Below the pieces are notes generated by a model. It saw nothing but the letters and a program-made list of their open reading frames with translations, searched no databases and was not told the origin of the DNA. From Bryobacterales bacterium (lineage in GTDB: Bacteria > Acidobacteriota > Terriglobia > Bryobacterales > UBA6623): a DNA stretch of 64,000 nucleotides. The position numbers were made by a program, and so were the translations under genes. Each line of letters opens with the position of its first letter. Position 1 is the first letter of the stretch. Positions 60,092 to 64,000 of the stretch are shown here, in pieces. Where the stretch lies: the NCBI GenBank assembly GCA_041394905.1, contig JAWKHJ010000018.1:3217-67216 (forward strand), written 5' to 3'.

Positions 60092-62598
60092 ATGAGCGCT
60101 CTCCTGCAGGACCTTCGTTTCGGGGTGCGCGGATACGGCAGTTCGCCCGGATTCACGGCGATCGCGGTCCTGACGCTGGCGCTGGGCATCGGCGGAACGA
60201 CATCCATCTTCAGCTTCGTGGACGCGCTCTTGCTGCGCCGGCTCCCCGTTGCAGCCCCGGACGAACTGGTCGTTCTGGGTCCTGGCGGCGGCGGCATCAC
60301 CGGCGAGAGCGACATGCCGCAGGCCAACAACTTCTCCTTCGCGCAGTACGAGGGGCTCCGGCGGCAGAACGACGCTTTCCAAAGCGTCGCCGCCGCAGCA
60401 ACTTTCAACACAGGAACCACCGTCCGCACCGAGCAGGATGCCGAGCCAGACGCGTCTCTCGTGCTCGCAACCCAGCTCGTCAGCGGCGACTACTTCGATC
60501 TGCTCGGACTCCACCCATGCGGCGGGACGCTTGCTCGCTCCATCTGACATGACCGTACCCGGCGCCGACGCGGTGGTCGTCATCGGATACGACTACTGGA
60601 TGCGCAGGCGTGGAGGGTCTCCGGATGTCCTCGGGTCGACGCTTTTCCTGCAGGACCTGCCCTACCGCGTGATCGGAGTCGCGCCGGCCGGTTTCGAAGG
60701 GCACGCGCCCGACAATCCGGCCGATCTTTGGGTTCCGCTGACGATGCAAGCCCAAATCACGCGCGCGGACTCGTTGTTCGAGCGCACTCCGCCAATGCAG
60801 TCTTTCTGGCTCGACATCCTGGGCCGCCTCAAACCTGGACTTAGCCGCACAGCGGCGGAAGGCCGGCTCAACCTGCGGCTACAGCAGATCTTTCTAGCCT
60901 CCTACGCGGCGGACGTCTCGCCTCAGAGGCGGGCGGATATTGCCAAGGTCCACGTGCCGCTCACCCCGGCCGGCGGCGGCTTGTCGTCGATGCGCAACGA
61001 GCTCCGAGCCCGCTCACGTTGCTATGGGCCGCGACCGGGCTGATTCTCCTGATCGGCTGCGCCAACTTGGCGAATCTGCTGCTTGCGCGCGCCGCCGACC
61101 GCCGGCGGGAGATCTCGGTGCGGCGCGCCCTTGGCGCTGGAGCAGGCCGCATCATCCGCCAGATGCTGACAGAAAGCCTGCTGCTGGCAGGACCGGCGCC
61201 GCAGCAGGACTGGCGCTCGCCTCGTGGCTGATCCCGATCCTGAAATCCGTCCTGACCGACTTGCGAGGGCCGAATCACGTAGTCGTCGGGCTGGACTCGT
61301 CCGTGCTCGCCTTCAGCCTCACGGCGAGCCTGCTGACGGTGCTCCTTTTCGGGTTTACTCCGGCGGTATGGGCCGCCCGGCGCGATGTCGCGGACGGGCT
61401 AAAAGCGGGAGCCAAGGGCTCGACGCCCAGCCGCGCACATACCCTTGCAAAAAACAGCCTGGTCGCGGCTCAAACGGCATTGTCGATCGTGCTGCTCGCC
61501 GGCGCGGGGCTATTCCTGCGTACTTTGGCCGAGTTGCGCAGTATCGACCTCGGCCTACAGTTGGACAACGTGGTCTTGATGCGAACGAACGGCCGACGGG
61601 CCGGCTTGCCGCGCGAGGGCGACGATGCAATGCGGCGGCTGATCCTCGCGCGCTTGGATCAGACTCCTGGCGTGGTCGCAGCGTCGTTCACGACGACAGA
61701 GCCGCTCAGCGGCAACTACAATTCTTCCTCGATGGCCGTCGACGGCTATCAGCCGGCTCGAACGAGGACACGAGTGCGATCAACAAGATCGTCACCGACG
61801 GCTATTTCCAGGCGCTTGGCATCGGCCTAGTCGAGGGCCGCATGCTCAGCGCAGCGGATCGCTACGACCAAACCTGTTTGGTCAGCAGGGCTTTCGCAAC
61901 GCGATTCTTCCCGAGACGCAGCGCGGTCGGGGGCGTTGTCCGAACGATGGGCCAGGCTTGCATCATAGAAGGCGTGGTGGAGGACGTGCGCGAAGTCCGC
62001 ATCCGCGACGAACCGCCGCAAGTCGTGTACCGGCCCGCCTTGGGATACGGCAACTTTTTGCCGCGGCTGATCGCGCGTGGACGGCGATCCGAGCCAGGGT
62101 TCGGAAGCAATGCGCACCGCAATCGCGCGAGACTCGCACCGCAACTGCCAGTCAACCCCGGGTTTAGTCTGCTTCGAGAGGACCGTGGATCGGTCTTTGA
62201 CCATCGAGCGACTGCTCGGCCAGGTGACCGGCGCGTTTGCGGGTGTAGCGCTCCTTCTCGCGTCCGTCGGTCTGTTCGGGTTGATGAGCTACGTCGTGCG
62301 CCAGCGTACGGCGGAAATCGGCCTACGGCAGGCGCTCGGAGCCTCGGCCCATGACGTGATCACGATGACGCTTCGCCAAGCCGCCACCCCGGTCACAACC
62401 GGCATCGCGGTCGGTCTCGCCGCGACTGTCGCCCTCGGAGGGATTGTCGAGAAGATGCTCTTCGCCGTCACGCCAACCGACGCTTGGGCGCTGGGAGGGG
62501 CGGTCGCATCGATGCTCGCGGCGGGCTTGGCCGCAGCACTGCTACCTGCCCGTCGCGCGTCGCGGATTGACCCCATCGACGCCTTGCGCCAGGAGTGA
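60092..62598 (+). pseudogene. ADOP-type duplicated FtsX/MacB-like permease; reading frame broken at least five times
   Basis: ATG at 60092 (MSALLQDLRFGVRGYGSSPGFTAIAVLTLALGIG). The protein is followed through frames 59156..60547, 60249..61043, 61019..61231, 60940..61830, 61224..62354 and 62077..62598 (ends RRASRIDPIDALRQE). Breaks lie near 60517-60520, 61006-61010, 61191-61195, 61753-61757 and 62068-62078, with a possible extra compensating pair near 62130-62185. Confidence 0.8.
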
Positions 62599-62604
62599 TC
62601 CAAG

Positions 62605-64000
62605 ATGCTCAACGCTCTCCGGCAAGATTTACGCCATGGCCTGCGCATGCTCTGGCGCACACCGAGCTTCACCGTCCCCGCCGTCATCGCGCTGGCGCTG
62701 GGCGTGGGCGCGACGACGCTGATCGTCTCCTACGCCCAGGCGACCTCGCTGCGCCTGTTTGCGTACCGCGACGCGCTCGGCATCCTAAACGTCAACCGCA
62801 TTGCACCGGACGGCCGCGAACGCAGCGTGCCCGCCTCCACCTATCAAGCTTGGCGTGAGCATGCAGGCTCGTTCTCCGAAATCGCCGCCACCAACTTCAC
62901 CACTGCCAACCTGACCGGCGTCGACGACCCGGAGCCGCTTTTCGGCAGCCGTATTACCGCAAGCCTGATGCCGTTGCTCGGAGTGACACCCGAGGTCGGA
63001 CGCGGCTTTCGTCCCGAAGACGAACAGCCCGGCGCGCCCGCAGTGGTCATGGTCAGCGAGCGGCTGTGGCGCACTCGATACGGCGCCAATCCAGGCATAG
63101 TTGGGCGAACCGTTCGCCTCAACGACGAGGCCTTCACGGTGATTGGCGTAATGCCGGGCCGCTATTACGGCTACGGTCCCATCCTGGCCTTCCATGACTA
63201 CTGGGTCCCGCTCGTCTTCTCGCCCGACGCACCCGGCCGCTACCTCGACCGAGATGCGCGGAACGACTCGGTGACCGTCTACGCCCGCCTCCGGCCGGGC
63301 TTCGAAGCGAGGGCCGCCCTCGGCGAGCTCGACCGCCTCGCCATGGCCGCCGAACAGGGTATGAGCGGCGACCGGGCTGCCTGGAAGACGAGCCTCTTGC
63401 CGCTGCACGAGCGCGTCACGGAGCGCTATGGCCAAACGCTCGCCACCTTTTGGGCCGCGGCCTGCGGGCTACTTTTCATTGCTTGCGTCAACGTGGCGCT
63501 GATGATGCTGGCGCGTACAAACCGGCGTAGCCGCGAGTTTGCCTTGCGCTCGACGCTCGGCGCCGGAGCGAGCCGGCTGGCGCGCCAACTGCTCACCGAG
63601 AGCCTGTTGCTCGCCTCCGCGGGAGGTCTCGCCGGCGTCCTGCTTGCGAACTTGGCGCTACCCGTCGTGCAGGCTTGGGCGCCCGTCAGTCTGCGGCGAG
63701 GCGGGCTGGACTCGATGACGCTCGACGGCGCGACGCTCGCCGCCGCGCTGATGCTCTCGGTGTTCACGGCAATCGCCTTCCGGACTACTGCCGTGCGCTG
63801 CGCGCGGCTCGGCCCAACTTGCTCGACACGCTCAAGCTCACCTCCGGCGCGGGAGGGCCCGGCCGCGTGGGGCGCTTGTTCCAGGACGGGCTTGTAGTCA
63901 GCGCCATCGCGTCGTCGCTCGCCCTGCTGATCGTCTCGAGCCTGCTCGTCGAGAGCTTTCGCAAGCTCAGCGCCGTCGACCCTGGCTACCAGACCCGCCA
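62605..64000 (+). pseudogene. second ADOP-type duplicated FtsX/MacB-like permease (3' end beyond window); one frame break
   Basis: ORF 62605..63897 (MLNALRQDLRHGLRMLWRTPSFTVPAVIALALGVG...). After about 63780 the family sequence continues in another frame (LDTLKLTSGAGGPGRVGRLFQDGLVVSAIASSLALLIVSSLLVESFRKL) to the window end. Confidence 0.8.

Overview
High-GC, gene-dense chromosomal segment of about 55 genes. I found no rRNA, tRNA, CRISPR array, transposase or integrase. The gene content looks Acidobacteriota-like (Solibacter/Bryobacter type): CarboxypepD_reg-type TonB-dependent receptors (TBDRs), tandem ADOP-type FtsX permeases, a VWFA-related acidobacterial protein, and the DUF1552/DUF1592 and DUF1501/DUF1549-DUF1553 gene pairs. 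This taxonomic placement is inference only.

Housekeeping blocks:
- ffh-rpsP-KH-rimM-trmD-rplS-rnhB
- pntAA-pntAB-pntB
- hisZ-like/hisG
- korAB
- tpx

The most interesting structure is a co-directional 12-gene minus-strand locus at 26414-45072. It runs from two paralogous TonB-dependent receptors through secreted or Tat-exported proteins: an NHL propeller, DUF1549/1553, DUF1501, an FGE-fold protein and a Tat-signal enolase-superfamily enzyme. It then continues to an MFS acid-sugar transporter, a GntR regulator and cytoplasmic dehydratase/lyase genes, with many 4-nt start/stop overlaps. A near-identical 20-bp palindrome sits upstream of both receptor paralogs.

A second notable module is a pair of Cys-rich small proteins next to a copper-receptor-like TBDR (18311-21455).

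The window also carries at least about 24 reading-frame breaks in otherwise recognisable genes, including essential ffh. They are clustered at 0.9-8.6, 20.8-26.1, 53.4, 58.25 and 60.5-63.8 kb, while about 27 kb (26.4-53.4 kb) has none. Several sit at homopolymer runs, so consensus error is the leading explanation, but this cannot be settled from the sequence alone.

I did not find a clear-cut defence, mobile or otherwise exotic system.

CDS coordinates are tied to the ORF track. Hand-indexed short motifs may be off by 1-2 nt.
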